Shown here piece after piece: positions 11,801-22,352 of a DNA stretch of 64,000 nt. The notes below the pieces were generated by a model, which had not been told where the DNA came from, ran no database searches, and was given only the letters and a program-made list of their open reading frames with translations. The position numbers and the translations under genes are program-made. The stretch comes from Trypanosoma brucei (taxonomy: Eukaryota): contig CP000068.1 of the NCBI GenBank assembly GCA_000002445.1, positions 576,001 through 640,000 of the forward strand, written 5' to 3'. Every line of letters begins with the position of its first letter. Position 1 is the first letter of the stretch.

Positions 11801-11846
11801 GTTCTTGTTGTGGGCAATTGTTGAGACACTAGTCTACAAGTGGTGA
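8841..11846 (+). CDS. Large hypothetical protein with a C-terminal multi-pass transmembrane region
   Basis: 1009-codon frame (track start 8817 is GTG; first ATG at 8841). The C-terminal ~350 aa contain at least 6 hydrophobic segments of about 20 aa, for example VSVCVTVASALVSFLTQFY, LSIIVFLLKHPSRLLLDTLLAFVSIVASLV, VFVIPLVCLVCLLYWFFLPYV and GWFLLWAIVETLVY. Confidence 0.6.
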   Translation: MRSSDSHGDPRVADMSSEGPGSSGGSLHFSGVTDMLLGGLQRKETSAPLHPTDIDAAQPCSVGAAFDAVMQSASDESRSADINSERTRKVKSSQLVQDSVCPGFVQSNGVTSSAHYLGVKYQGGLVQELQQSGRSQEEMDLSSCGPKGMEGQSLSMVIEVSKQREGVWGEFAEITSCSDATPRRASPAAQTSSIQPTHSSIFYPYGLEHLPPVLLHYVTLGGWRTVAGGWDYFSHRRLGDGEVSGHTVRWLHNARPRDRFAFIISPVERRDKTSRDTLRNKLRKYFFGTPPAFADCGRQSTFRCVPRADCEESMENSSALPPLPLRGLFQKKIGGAMSGSCASSKAEDHSTVGVEVVEVKHEDVTAMDYNPRLVSSRFAIEAKVVNVYFFPTLEGALEYYNCPGDQYLMDQQEQRGITNVLPCVGVRRHKYAGCTGSCTGLSPARSHASVSTAAAPPEMSAGEGRWIHATRQEPSMRYAEHSAALDDCGRCDCRQQQNTTNDFPRDDGWVGTSLTPQCSFGTRQTSQQTVVTSVQTDPTVSTGEGNVLHESAEKFHFLPQIAPTIRSRLMPELTAVHFDTIVTLYSEDPNFNAVLREVLMPEPGTHPYTASLREQRRMLAMYELGMPTWTVFLASTGLPYRRALRLTFVGLVNIWPIISLFVGLYDLYKHLPQMKRFFSSTFEPLLIWLEEHVTVRVSMMITYTVSVCVTVASALVSFLTQFYPLEIASYPLSIIVFLLKHPSRLLLDTLLAFVSIVASLVKLLWITVKILFAGPFLLVSNFASLEIGCFGVGGGGGAVFPAAVEGTSLTLKWWRAWQEFWVTVAAPVKNLAKAWYDSIVHVCVSATRREASIRRWYTAKLHGITLLTEEVHEAVEPSLVTLWGRTRVFVIPLVCLVCLLYWFFLPYVSALVREEISALTNLMSGNIGSTQMEYGEGTVSIPGRAEEKAPLEVDKREWSSMFELSQLYNGDIYHLAVECLTESNAGWFLLWAIVETLVYKW

Positions 11847-12123
11847 ACTGTGCATGCAGCACGAGTGTTTAGTAGCGTCTGTGGATGTGGCGCCCTGTGT
11901 ATATTTTCTGCTGCCGCAATTTCCCCCTTTCTTATCCCGCAGCGCAACATTATTTCTTCACTGAGTCAGTGAGGAGTGAGCAGTGTTATCATTGCGCAGT
12001 GATGAAAGCGTGTGCATTGCATATGTTGGGGGTGCGAACGACTTCACCGATGGGTATCAAGGAAGGGACGCCGGGGCAGCTTCCGAATAGGGGGAAACGG
12101 AAATTAAAGTGCCTCAGTAATGA

Positions 12124-12127
<4 letters not shown>

Positions 12128-12166
<39 letters not shown>
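12128..12166. repeat. (AC)n microsatellite, about 19 units
   Basis: Read directly, downstream of the 8841..11846 gene. Confidence 0.9.
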
Positions 12167-12168
<2 letters not shown>

Positions 12169-13039
12169 TCTTTCGTTTCTTGTCGCATTTGTCTTGTGAT
12201 GTGCTCCGCAAACTCATTAAGTTGTCATTGTGTTGATCTGTCATGTTTCCACCATCCCTCTGCCGCACATCAATGTCGTGTATGGTTACATCTGTAGCGT
12301 AAGAATCACAGTTTAACTCTAGGGAAGAGAGAATATGTGTAAGACCGACCGAACGCGAAGATATGAGGGTGTAAACGTTAGAAACGACTGAAAGGGAAGA
12401 TCTGCTCCTCAAAGGTGGTGAGGTTGGAAAGAAGTGAACCGTATCATGTGTAAATATGTGTTGCTGTGATTTTCACGCTCGAGCGTAAACGTCTGCGTGC
12501 GCGGTTCAGTGAGGAATGGGTCTGCTGTGCCCATTCAGCCTGTATTATTCCTCTTTCCCATTCCTTTCATTTCCCATCCGTGTTAAGTTTGTGGCCATTA
12601 CTTTGAACAGGCATGGATGATGCGGGGTATGGAAGGAAAAAGGGGTGTACGCCCTGCTGCAATGCGCACGGGACATTTAAGGGAGTGCGGCTGGGTGTTG
12701 ATGCAGCAAGAATATGTCACTTCGTTGTTCGTCACCTTTGCCTCTTTTTTGTTCACTTATGTGCACGTGTTTTTTCCCTCTTTCGTTTGATTACTTTAAT
12801 AATTTCGACTTGCTGTAGGACAACGTTTCTCACACTATCCATTCAGAACTTGCAGTTATCGCCTTCACAAAAGTAATGTGCGGAGCACTTAAACTGTGTG
12901 CATAGCAGTTAATGTATAATGACAACCTTTACTATCACCCGCGTTGTCGCTGCTTGTATTATCTGTTGTTTATTTATTTTTTTCTCTATGATGGAGAGGT
13001 ACTTTCGCGATTTTTTCCCCCTTCGCAATGGTCTCTTCG

Positions 13040-13204
13040 CGTCTATTCGTGCCAATGGGGATCCCTTTTGTTTCTCTTCTCCACTGCTTTGTTAATCCTT
13101 TTCTGTGTGTGTGTGTGTGCACATGTCATTTCCTGCTGTTCCCTCCTCCCACTTTTGCTCTCCGTCTCTCACCTTTTTTTTCCTTATTATTCTACTTTCC
13201 TGCT
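13040..13204 (+). promoter_or_regulatory. Polypyrimidine tract and AG upstream of a CDS; likely trans-splicing / polyadenylation control region
   Basis: About 160 nt of T/C-rich sequence (ttttgtttctcttctcc...ctctcaccttttttttcc) immediately 5' of the ATG at 13205. This is the typical kinetoplastid splice-acceptor context. Confidence 0.5.
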
Positions 13205-15076
13205 ATGGCGAGAGTAGTAGGTGGCAAAAAGGGTAAAGGGCAAATGCACGAAGAGGACCCCGAAGTGGCCAAGTATAAGCAGAGCGTTATCGATGTGGGG
13301 CAACGAACACAGTTGGAGCTCCTGCAGGCAGAAGTGCGGCACAACAAAGAATGTCTCACAGCTTTGCGCCTGGAAAATAAACGACTTAATGTAATTCTTC
13401 AGCAGGCGCAGCGGGGTCAGCGACGCGGTGTAGAGATCGATCCGCTGCGCCGTGAGGAGGAGCAACTGCATAACAAACTTTGCTTGCTGAAGCGCAGCCT
13501 CAACAGTGTGCACGGAAAGAAAGAGGAGCTCACCAAAGAGATTGCGCGGACTGTAGAGGAGACGGGATATATTCTCCAGGAGGGAAAGTTCACAACGGAC
13601 AACTCCGCCATGGGCCAAAAGATTCGTGGCCTTGAGAACCGTTTGGACAAGTGCCTCATTAAGCACAACGAGGTGAATGCCATTCGCCGCACATACGAGG
13701 CGCTTTTGGAGCGGTTACAGCAAGAGCAGGCGGGATTTGATACTCAGCTCGCAGCAATGGAAAAAACGTTGCAGAACAAAGAGAAGGATCTCTGCGATCT
13801 CAACACAGTAGCAGCCGAGGCATCGAACGGAAGGGATGCGGCTAAGGCAGAGGTGCTGCGGCTGAAGGCACAACTTACGCGGGAGCGCCGGGCACAAAAT
13901 AAGGATCTGGAGGAGAGGCGGGCATTTGTGATGACGAAACAAAAACAGTTGGACCGCAAGGCGCAGCGGTTAAAGGATAAAATTGAAAGGGATGAGGAGC
14001 GTCGTGCTGGTCAGCACATGGCCGGTGGGAACCAACAAAAGAAAGTCTCTCGGGTGACCACACAGAAGCCAGAAAGGAGGGAGGATGTAGAGCAACAGCA
14101 GCAGCTGCGTGAGGCTTACAATAAACTCAAAGAGGTCACTATGAGTAACACAGTGGATGAAGTCATCTCAAAACTACAGGAGCGCCAGGATGCGAACGCC
14201 CAGCTAATGCAGACGGCGGAAGAGGCGGAGGAAGCAGATGCCATGCTAAAGGAGGAGCGAAGCCAACTTATGGAGGAGTGGGAGAAATTACAACAGCAGA
14301 ATGTTGTTCACAGGAGTGTGTTGAAGGGCGAAAACCAAAAGCCGCCGGCGACGGAAGAACGCACCACTGGGGGCGCGAACTCTGTCGCGAATGTTGCCGA
14401 GCAGCGCGCACTTGTGCGCCGCCGTGTGCTGGAAGAGTTTGAATCGTACCTCAACGATCGGAAGAACGAGCTTAATGTGGCGCAGCGCGTACAAGAGGGA
14501 CTTGGGCAGCTGCTGATGGATCTTGGCGCTGGCGTGCAGCGTCTAGCAGACACCGTGGCTTGTGCCACGATCAATGTCATGTCCGCTTCTACACACGTGT
14601 CGATGTTTGATGAGGTGTGTGAAGATGAATTAGCCTTCTGTAATGCACGCGGTGACTCAATCGTTAGCGTATTGAACTCGACGGCAGCAAAGCTGGAAAA
14701 TATGTTAGAGCTTGTGGATGTGGAGGATGTGGCATCGGTGGCGACGTCCATTTATAACTGGCGTTATTCTCTTCCTCCAACAAACGTATGCATTCGTCTC
14801 GAAACCTCCGCCACACCGGCAGATGGCGGGAGCGGTGAGTTGGGCAGTGATCACTCGGATTCCGGTGGTGTGAGCGGTAAAGGACGCCGCACTTCGGCGG
14901 ATGAAATGCCCGTCGGCTGCCGAAGATGGTTTGGACCAGCTCCTACCGACGATTTCCCAGAAAATGAAATTCACGATCGTCATGAGCTGAAGCAGATGTC
15001 CATCGCAACCGTAGAGAGGGAGCGGAAGAAAGCGCGGAAGCTGCAGCAGCAGCGAGTGAAGGATGAAACCATATGA
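13205..15076 (+). CDS. Coiled-coil protein (about 623 aa), hypothetical
   Basis: The track ORF 13028..15076 begins inside a polypyrimidine tract. The plausible start is the ATG at 13205 (MARVVGGKKGKG). Composition is strongly E/K/Q/R/L-rich and heptad-like over about 450 aa, with an acidic C-terminus. Confidence 0.65.
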   Translation: MARVVGGKKGKGQMHEEDPEVAKYKQSVIDVGQRTQLELLQAEVRHNKECLTALRLENKRLNVILQQAQRGQRRGVEIDPLRREEEQLHNKLCLLKRSLNSVHGKKEELTKEIARTVEETGYILQEGKFTTDNSAMGQKIRGLENRLDKCLIKHNEVNAIRRTYEALLERLQQEQAGFDTQLAAMEKTLQNKEKDLCDLNTVAAEASNGRDAAKAEVLRLKAQLTRERRAQNKDLEERRAFVMTKQKQLDRKAQRLKDKIERDEERRAGQHMAGGNQQKKVSRVTTQKPERREDVEQQQQLREAYNKLKEVTMSNTVDEVISKLQERQDANAQLMQTAEEAEEADAMLKEERSQLMEEWEKLQQQNVVHRSVLKGENQKPPATEERTTGGANSVANVAEQRALVRRRVLEEFESYLNDRKNELNVAQRVQEGLGQLLMDLGAGVQRLADTVACATINVMSASTHVSMFDEVCEDELAFCNARGDSIVSVLNSTAAKLENMLELVDVEDVASVATSIYNWRYSLPPTNVCIRLETSATPADGGSGELGSDHSDSGGVSGKGRRTSADEMPVGCRRWFGPAPTDDFPENEIHDRHELKQMSIATVERERKKARKLQQQRVKDETI

Positions 15077-15834
15077 GGTAGCGGACTGGGTGATTTTTGA
15101 TAGTGGTGAACTGAGCCCACTTTTTTAATTATTTTTCCTCACTGTTGTTAGCGTGTGTGTTGAGGGAAAGGGGGGGGAGGTGATGTTGTGGTAAATGACG
15201 GAGTACTTTCACGCCTGGTAGAGGTTGTGGAAGGATGGTGCGGTAGGGGGAGGGGCCCTCTGCCTGCCCAATGTAAAGGAGTGGATGGAAGGAGGTAAAC
15301 GGCAGGAAGACAGAGGTAAAGGAAAGGGATTGAAGAGAAAGGGGACGTGATCACATAAAAGCAAAATTAGAAGTAGGGACCAGCTTGGCAGACTGCGCGA
15401 AGAGAGCACCATGTGCATACCAAACAAACTGAAGCAAACAAGAACCCGAACAGGTTATATAAATTTGGTGATTTGGTTTCTCTTGTTTGGCGGGCTGGCT
15501 TGTTGCTTCTCACCGCTTTGTAGTTGTGCTTGAGAGGCTTGTGAAATTCCTCTCGCTAGTTTTCACCTCCACGCCTTACATGTATTTGTTCCCTTTTATT
15601 TTGTCACTTCCATTCAACTCGTTAAACGGTACACCCGTCTGTATATGTATATGTATATATATACACAGGTACTGTTTAGGGAAACAGAACGATTGATGTT
15701 TATTGATGCCCTGCTGCGGCTGCGATTGCAGAACTCAAAGACAAAAAGATATTGAAAAGAGGAAAGGACTCGAGGCGAAATGTTGGCTTCACGTTGCCAC
15801 CCTCGCCTTCGTGTGAAAATAATTCTCTGTGTGT

Positions 15835-15954
15835 TGGCCTGCTTTTTCCAATTTCTTCCATGATTTTCTTTTTCTCACGTTCTGTTTTTCCTTTTGTTTC
15901 TGCTTGAATATCACCGCTAACCCACAAGGCAGTTGTTTATCCAATTGTTACCTC
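15835..15954 (+). promoter_or_regulatory. Polypyrimidine tract upstream of a CDS; likely trans-splicing acceptor region
   Basis: CT-rich run (ttttccaatttcttccatgattttctttttctcacgttctgtttttccttttgtttctgc) ending about 20 nt before the ATG at 15955. Confidence 0.5.
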
Positions 15955-18900
15955 ATGGAGAATCTCTCTGATGAGGATAAATCCATCGGAGCCTTTGGTA
16001 CCAGACCTGGCACCCACCGACGGAAAAGACGTTACCGCCATTCGTATGCGGAATCCGACCTCTCGCGGCGAATGTATTTACTTGCAGCTTCCTTGTCTAT
16101 CGAACCGAATCTATTGCGCCACTATGTCGCCAGCGTGCGTGGCGGGGTAGTCCGGGGTCGGCGTGTAGTAGATACGGATAAGGATTCAATTAGTGAAGAG
16201 GGGTTGCTAGTTCCTACAGTTGATGTTTTTCAGCAGTCCGTATGCTCGCCGCTGTCGAGCGAAGCGGCGCCTTGTACAGGGGATGCGATCGAGCAGAACA
16301 TTCCGTCAGAACTCCAGGCAATACTTGAGGCGCTGGTCCTGCCTTTTGCAAAGAGGCAGTCGAATTTTAGAAGTCCCACGAGAAGGAAAGGTCCCTCTTC
16401 CGTACCAGTGTCAACCAATAAGTTGCTACTCAGGAAAAATAGGAAGGTGTCAAGTTTACATTGGGAAGTGACCGGGGGGACGTCCACTAAGAAAAATGGG
16501 AGTCATGCTGGAAGTTGGGGATGGGGTTCATTCATGAAGTCAGATGTAAGAGCATCAACAGCAAGCCGCAACCCACTCAGTTGCTCAGACCATGACGGTC
16601 TCGAATCAGCGTGTTATGAGGATAGGAGGGGAGATATCCGTAGTTCTAGCGCCACTATGATCAGCACGTGTAGCAGTTTTAGTAGCAGTTTCTCTTCCTC
16701 CTGTAGCCAGGGGAGCTACGTGCGTGAGGAAGAAGAAATATCGAACGGAGCATTTCCACTTTTGCTTGGGGAAGAAGGGGAACCTCAAAGTATTGACCCT
16801 CTCCCGTTCGATACGGCAGCGGAGGCAGAAATGCCGGTACCGAGGCGTCGTTGTAACAACGCAATCGAAGGGGACAACAGTTCCAACATGTGCCACGCCA
16901 CAGAAAAGCTTTTAGAGGAGTTGGTGAGGCCTCTTCTTCTGGCTCGAGAAAATTTGCGGCCACCTACCATTTCAAGTGGTGATGGCAACGCGAATAAGGC
17001 GGCTTATTTGGGACAGTGCATGCAGCTTCTGCCGCAGGAACTGCGCACCACAGCGGGGGTGACCCGACTATGCAGTCTGTACCCTCCATTCGCCTCATTG
17101 CTCCTCGAAGCATTCGTCAAGGAGAGTGCACAGAGATGTTCAATGAGTGCGATTACTCGCATCGTTGTCTCGCGTCTTACAGAACTTGTGGCTCCTGTTC
17201 TTCTTTCGCAACGGATGCGGCCGCGTAGCGATGACTGCGTCGACGTGGCGAAAACACCTGAGAAAGTGACCGGGGTACCCCAAAGCGAGACTTACCACAC
17301 CATGGCGATTCGTGCGCAACAATCTCTAGCAAGAACAATACTGTCCCTTGTTGGTATGCTTGATGACTCTTTGTGGACACTCACACTCTGCGGTATCCTC
17401 ATCCGATTGCAGCTGGTGAGCCCCACGGAGCTTTACCCTATACTTCACCGCCACGCACATGAGCTCTCCAAATTACCTCAGCAGTGGACACACGAAGTTG
17501 CACTTGCTTACTGCATTGTTACATACGAGGGATTGAAATGGGCGGCGTTGGCGGAAGAGGAGAGGTGTAATAATAAAAAAACATTCAAACAGGAAGAGAG
17601 TCTGTTGTCAGTTGGCAAGGAAGAGGGAGCACAACGTGCAACTCAGGACGGTGAGTCGGAGGTGATATCACAGATCAGTATCACACAAATTTTCATTGAA
17701 GACACGTTTGGCAGGACATCGGGCATCCCGAATGCGCGAGGCGGCGAACACAAGGAGATTGAAGAGCACGACTTGACAAATGTCTTTGAGATGATGGTGA
17801 GCTCTATGAAAGGCCAGAACATAAATTATACACAAGGCGAAGGAGGAGGCATCACTCCTCCCATTAATGCTCCATCTCCCTCCGCCGAAACGGCGTTGGC
17901 CGTGCCCCATCAACCACACGATGTTCAAAACAGCGGAAACAGTAAATCTAATTCGGTTGCTACTAATGAGGTTCAGTGGAACTTCCCAGAGAAGGTTCCC
18001 ACAGAAGTGTCGGTCCCCGTGGCTACTGTTATGACTTGCATGATGTTATGCGCCGGACCGCAGAGCGAACGAACTGTCGTAAAACTTGGGCAGTGGTGTC
18101 TTCGCTGCCTGATTGTCTTGCGTGCTGCACCGTGCGCAGTGGGGCTTACACATATCATGTTGAAGTACCCGCATATTTTGCAGAAGGCAGTAGTTCATTC
18201 AGTATTTCTTGAGCAAAACATTAACTATGTCTCGGCCTTGTTAACGGCAACCAATTCATTCAACACATCAAACGTTGGATCAAATGAAGGTGGTAACAGT
18301 AAGGGCGCCAACTCGAAGGCAACGGTTTCGTTTTGCGAGGCTGTACTCATGGAGGGTTGCCGCCTGGCTGATGCGGCACTACAGGAACAGTCACGAGTAC
18401 TCGCAGCTGGCCACCTGCGCTTTGTGTGGGACAATAGCGCACAAGCAAATGGCGCGTTCGTTGGCAAATTACATCCCTTGTTGTACGAGCTACAGGAGGT
18501 TCAATGCTACTTGCTCATGGTACTTCAGGCGCTGATAGTGCTGCGCACGGCCTCTCTCTGCAATGAGGCACAAGAGCAGTTGGCCAATTTGTTCGTAACT
18601 AGTGCTCGCCTGCGTGTGGCCACGGCAACCACAGGGGCAAATAACACGACCGCGCCCGCGGATCGAGGAGTTGGTGACAGTTGTGAAGAGAGTAGCTTGG
18701 TCTCAAGTCAGTTCGTGCAACTCGTAGACGAAGTGTTTCGCACAGTAGCGTGCGCTGCTGACGTTTTCCTGCATTTTTCTACTGGTTGTCCACGGCGGTT
18801 CTGCGAGTCCCTTGGGCCTTTGTCAGAACCTCAAAACACATTGTTTGATGAACTTCGGCGCAGTGGGGCATGGGATGCACACGTTGAGTATCTTGAGACT

Positions 18901-19458
18901 GTACAAGCTGCAGCAACCGCGTACTCCGTTTTACCACCTTCCCCTCTCATATCACATCCCTCAAAAACCAATGATAAGGGCGCAGAGGCGTCACATGCCG
19001 CCACGACTTCGTCAAGTGAACCACATGGTGAGGTGGCATGTGACTCGACGCATATGACGCCTTTGACGGTACGAGAGATGATTGCGCATACTGAAGCGGT
19101 GGTGGGGGACGCAGTTTCTCAACAGGATGGGGGTGAAGGTGAGACGCCACTAGTGGCTGGGAGGCTACCGTGTTCTGGCGAGCCCTTTAGTTTCTCGGAA
19201 GCAGTGGAAGAATGCAGTAATGGTAGCGCTGCCGGCGTTGGAGGTCTTACTGCAAGACAGAAGCATTGGTGGCTGCGGCGCATGATTGTATATTTTATGG
19301 AGCGGTGGTGGCATTGCCGGGGTGGTGTGCAGGTGGTTTTTCCGTTTGCCTCTTCGTTAGTTGGGTATGACAACCTCGGGTCAAACGCTGACAACCTTAA
19401 GTTGCTAAGCGGTGTCGCTGAGAGAAGTTTCCTTCAGTGCTGTGCCCAATCCTTCTGA
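15955..19458 (+). CDS. Large hypothetical protein (about 1167 aa)
   Basis: The track ORF 15829..19458 reads through a CT-rich tract. The plausible start is the ATG at 15955 (MENLSDEDK). Long uninterrupted frame, no recognisable domain. Confidence 0.6.
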   Translation: MENLSDEDKSIGAFGTRPGTHRRKRRYRHSYAESDLSRRMYLLAASLSIEPNLLRHYVASVRGGVVRGRRVVDTDKDSISEEGLLVPTVDVFQQSVCSPLSSEAAPCTGDAIEQNIPSELQAILEALVLPFAKRQSNFRSPTRRKGPSSVPVSTNKLLLRKNRKVSSLHWEVTGGTSTKKNGSHAGSWGWGSFMKSDVRASTASRNPLSCSDHDGLESACYEDRRGDIRSSSATMISTCSSFSSSFSSSCSQGSYVREEEEISNGAFPLLLGEEGEPQSIDPLPFDTAAEAEMPVPRRRCNNAIEGDNSSNMCHATEKLLEELVRPLLLARENLRPPTISSGDGNANKAAYLGQCMQLLPQELRTTAGVTRLCSLYPPFASLLLEAFVKESAQRCSMSAITRIVVSRLTELVAPVLLSQRMRPRSDDCVDVAKTPEKVTGVPQSETYHTMAIRAQQSLARTILSLVGMLDDSLWTLTLCGILIRLQLVSPTELYPILHRHAHELSKLPQQWTHEVALAYCIVTYEGLKWAALAEEERCNNKKTFKQEESLLSVGKEEGAQRATQDGESEVISQISITQIFIEDTFGRTSGIPNARGGEHKEIEEHDLTNVFEMMVSSMKGQNINYTQGEGGGITPPINAPSPSAETALAVPHQPHDVQNSGNSKSNSVATNEVQWNFPEKVPTEVSVPVATVMTCMMLCAGPQSERTVVKLGQWCLRCLIVLRAAPCAVGLTHIMLKYPHILQKAVVHSVFLEQNINYVSALLTATNSFNTSNVGSNEGGNSKGANSKATVSFCEAVLMEGCRLADAALQEQSRVLAAGHLRFVWDNSAQANGAFVGKLHPLLYELQEVQCYLLMVLQALIVLRTASLCNEAQEQLANLFVTSARLRVATATTGANNTTAPADRGVGDSCEESSLVSSQFVQLVDEVFRTVACAADVFLHFSTGCPRRFCESLGPLSEPQNTLFDELRRSGAWDAHVEYLETVQAAATAYSVLPPSPLISHPSKTNDKGAEASHAATTSSSEPHGEVACDSTHMTPLTVREMIAHTEAVVGDAVSQQDGGEGETPLVAGRLPCSGEPFSFSEAVEECSNGSAAGVGGLTARQKHWWLRRMIVYFMERWWHCRGGVQVVFPFASSLVGYDNLGSNADNLKLLSGVAERSFLQCCAQSF

Positions 19459-20007
19459 TCGTCGCCTTTCTGTTCACTTCGTTAAACCCAGTGCGTGTGT
19501 GTGTTTGTGCACCTTCACTCTGGACTACGAGCAACTCGGTGGAAAGGCGAAGTAAGGAAGGGGGACAGGGTATTACAGTTGATTTCGATGCAAACACACC
19601 CCTTAAAATCGAACAAAAAAGTGCCATTTTGCCCCTTCCAAGGCAAAGGTGAGGGCCAGGACAAAGTACAGAGGGGTGCGTACACGTAATTGTACAACAC
19701 ATGAAGATCGTGTACGCTCATGTTGCTGACATGTTGATTGGTATTCACCCCTCGGTGCGGCTGTGCGTGTGGCCAAGTTTTTGTGCTTCATATCGTACCC
19801 CCCCCCCTACCTCCCGCATTTTCCCCTCTTTACTTTTTGCTTCCCCTAATCCGGGTGCTGAGTTACACTCGGTACTTTAGCCGCATCTCAAGGGTTCAGC
19901 AGCGGCATTGAAAGAAAAAAAAAGAAAGGTAACCACTGTTATCGAGAACTAGTGGTGCAAGTGATTGACCACCTTCATTTGGCGTCGTGGCGTATGTTAA
20001 CAGCGCT

Positions 20008-21906
20008 ATGCACGCGGGAGGAACAAGTAGTAATTCCAGCGGTCACGATCCGGTTATGGATGATATCGCGGAATTGAAAGCACTGCTGCAGAACGGTGGT
20101 TTGACAAGTGATATTTTGGAGGGGAAATATTTAAACCAGCTGCGGCGTGCAAGGCAGTTAAATGTCCAGTTGGAGACTGAGCGGACACGCGCACGACAGC
20201 TAACGGTGCAGTTGGAAGCGCTAAGGGAAGAAAAGCGAAAGGCTGGTGATCGAAACTCTGAACAGGCAGGAAAGGAGGGCCGTCGGCGCCGTCAATCATC
20301 GGAGCGGGCCACGAACAACGAATCTGATGAAGGACAGCAAAATGTCACAGCTCTTCGCGAGCGCCTCGATAGGGCTTTTGTACAGTTAAGTGATGCCAAA
20401 GTACAGTTGGAGGAGCAGAAAAAGGAGTCACAGCGACTGCGAAAGATCATTCAGCAAGAGGTGGGTAACCCTCCACAGGATATAGAGGCACTGTTGAAAG
20501 GGTCATCCGATAGTTCGCGCGGATGGCGCGGCCGCGCACAGCAGATTGTGCTACTGAAAAGCAAGGTGAAGGAATTAGAACGGGCTCTGGGGGCAACTGG
20601 GGGCAGCTCGCCGGCAGCGATCGATGGTGGTGGTACTCCGTGTGTGACAAAAACGAGCACGCTCTCACTTACGACAGACGCCGTTACAACCACCACAGCG
20701 GGGGTGCGTGATAGGGATGACGTTGCGCGAGAGCATGTGGTGGAACTGCAAAGTCGGCGCCTGCTGCAGCAGCGCGAGCTACAGGATGAACTCGCCCGTC
20801 AAAAGGCGGAGCTCGATTCTATGAAGTTACGGTTGACAGCCTCTCAGTCAAGGCACGCCAATTTGGAGGCAGACAACAGGCAACTACGGGAACACCTGCA
20901 AGCTGTGCTTCAAAAAACCCAAAATGACAACGACCTGATTGATGCCTACCGTGAGGAGATGGAGGAGTTGCGGCACGTGAAAGTGGAACTGCACCAAGCT
21001 AAGGTGGAGCTGCAAAAATGGGAAGAGTGGTGTAGCAGCGCGCAGCAGCGGAACCCACGAGAGTTGGAACGTTTGGAAGAACAAACCCCTGGCATGTGTG
21101 ACAAGTCACGGGATGCACGGTATCGGACGGACGGTGGTGATGCAGGAATTGACGTGAATACTGCTGTGGCTCTCGCCGGTGCCGACACTGCCATTGAGTT
21201 GAACCGTTTGAGGCTGGAGAATTTGCAACTCAAGAGCTTGCTTACGCGTTATGAAGATCATGGCGATGGGGGTGCTTTAGGTAACGAATCTCCAACAGGA
21301 CAGAATAAGGGGCAGCAAGATGATATGGCGCTCTTAATGCATTGGTTGAAGAGTTTCATCTCTCCGCGGTCGGGTGAGGCTGACACCAACAAGGGGGTGG
21401 GCTCGCAGGCGGTGGTGAGTGATTCTGTTGTAGGGGTGGATTGGCAGGGGAGGGTGGCGGAGGTTTTGCGACGAGCTCATAGCGCCGTTACCTTTTTGGA
21501 GAAACAGCAACAAGAACAGGGTGAGAGGTTAAGCAAGTGCTATGAGACAATCCGGCAACTGCAGGCCGAACTGAAGCAACGACCCGGGAAGCGAGAGAAG
21601 AAACCGAAGGGAAACCATGTAGGTGATGGTGATGCAACCGGTGGTGAGAAGGATGATGATGATGGCGAATTGGTGAACATTCTTTTGCAGGAGAACGTGG
21701 CTTTGAAGCAACGTGTGAAAGTTATGCAGGACCTACTCAACAAAGAAAGGGCTGCGTACGAATCGCTGCGTTCCTTTTCAGCCGCATCAGGCACCAGCGA
21801 TGCGCCAACAGCAGCGGCGTACCTGAAGCTGAAGCGCGATTATGAGGAACTGCGTGCTGCTTTCAATTGTGCTCAGGCGGAGCTTCTTCGAAACGATGCG
21901 GCGTGA
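20008..21906 (+). CDS. Coiled-coil protein (about 632 aa), hypothetical
   Basis: Track start 19987 is GTG; the first ATG is at 20008. It has long Q/E/L/R-rich heptad-like stretches (LQLETERTRARQLTVQLEALREEKRKA, LENLQLKSLLTRYED) and an acidic patch. Confidence 0.6.
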   Translation: MHAGGTSSNSSGHDPVMDDIAELKALLQNGGLTSDILEGKYLNQLRRARQLNVQLETERTRARQLTVQLEALREEKRKAGDRNSEQAGKEGRRRRQSSERATNNESDEGQQNVTALRERLDRAFVQLSDAKVQLEEQKKESQRLRKIIQQEVGNPPQDIEALLKGSSDSSRGWRGRAQQIVLLKSKVKELERALGATGGSSPAAIDGGGTPCVTKTSTLSLTTDAVTTTTAGVRDRDDVAREHVVELQSRRLLQQRELQDELARQKAELDSMKLRLTASQSRHANLEADNRQLREHLQAVLQKTQNDNDLIDAYREEMEELRHVKVELHQAKVELQKWEEWCSSAQQRNPRELERLEEQTPGMCDKSRDARYRTDGGDAGIDVNTAVALAGADTAIELNRLRLENLQLKSLLTRYEDHGDGGALGNESPTGQNKGQQDDMALLMHWLKSFISPRSGEADTNKGVGSQAVVSDSVVGVDWQGRVAEVLRRAHSAVTFLEKQQQEQGERLSKCYETIRQLQAELKQRPGKREKKPKGNHVGDGDATGGEKDDDDGELVNILLQENVALKQRVKVMQDLLNKERAAYESLRSFSAASGTSDAPTAAAYLKLKRDYEELRAAFNCAQAELLRNDAA

Positions 21907-22352
21907 TACCATAGATATTCTATTGTTGTTTAATATTGTGGATTTCAAATGGTGGTGGCGTGTTACACGCCACGCGTACTTTTGTCCGTCCACACATTCC
22001 CTCTTCTCAGAAAATGGTGGGTGAATACGTTTCCTTCTCCCCCTTCCCCCAACTGCGTGCGATGAGATGTTTTCCACCGTGCGACCCATTTATTTTTTTA
22101 TTACTCCCCTAACCTGCGTCTTCCCGTAATGATGTATTCACTGCTTCTTTTGTTTTCGTAAAGTGTTTTGAAAAGGAAAAAGAACAGAAGGCAATAACCC
22201 GAAAGGGAGGAGGGGGGTATAATATAATATACGAGACAACAGTGGTAAACGCGCGCCAAGTGGGGCGGGGTTTCACATAACTTATTTTCATTTCCGTTCT
22301 AAGGAAATAGTAATACAGAAGTATCTCCATATTGCATAAGTTGCTGAGGAAA

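Noticed and set aside
13028-13204. N-terminal 59 codons of track ORF 13028..15076, and similar 5' extensions of the ORFs at 15829, 31793 and 39726
   Set aside because: These extensions translate polypyrimidine tracts (FLLFPPPTFALRLSPFF...). The true CDS almost certainly starts at the downstream ATG (MARVVGG, MENLSDED, MESYPNS, MTQSQSQ).
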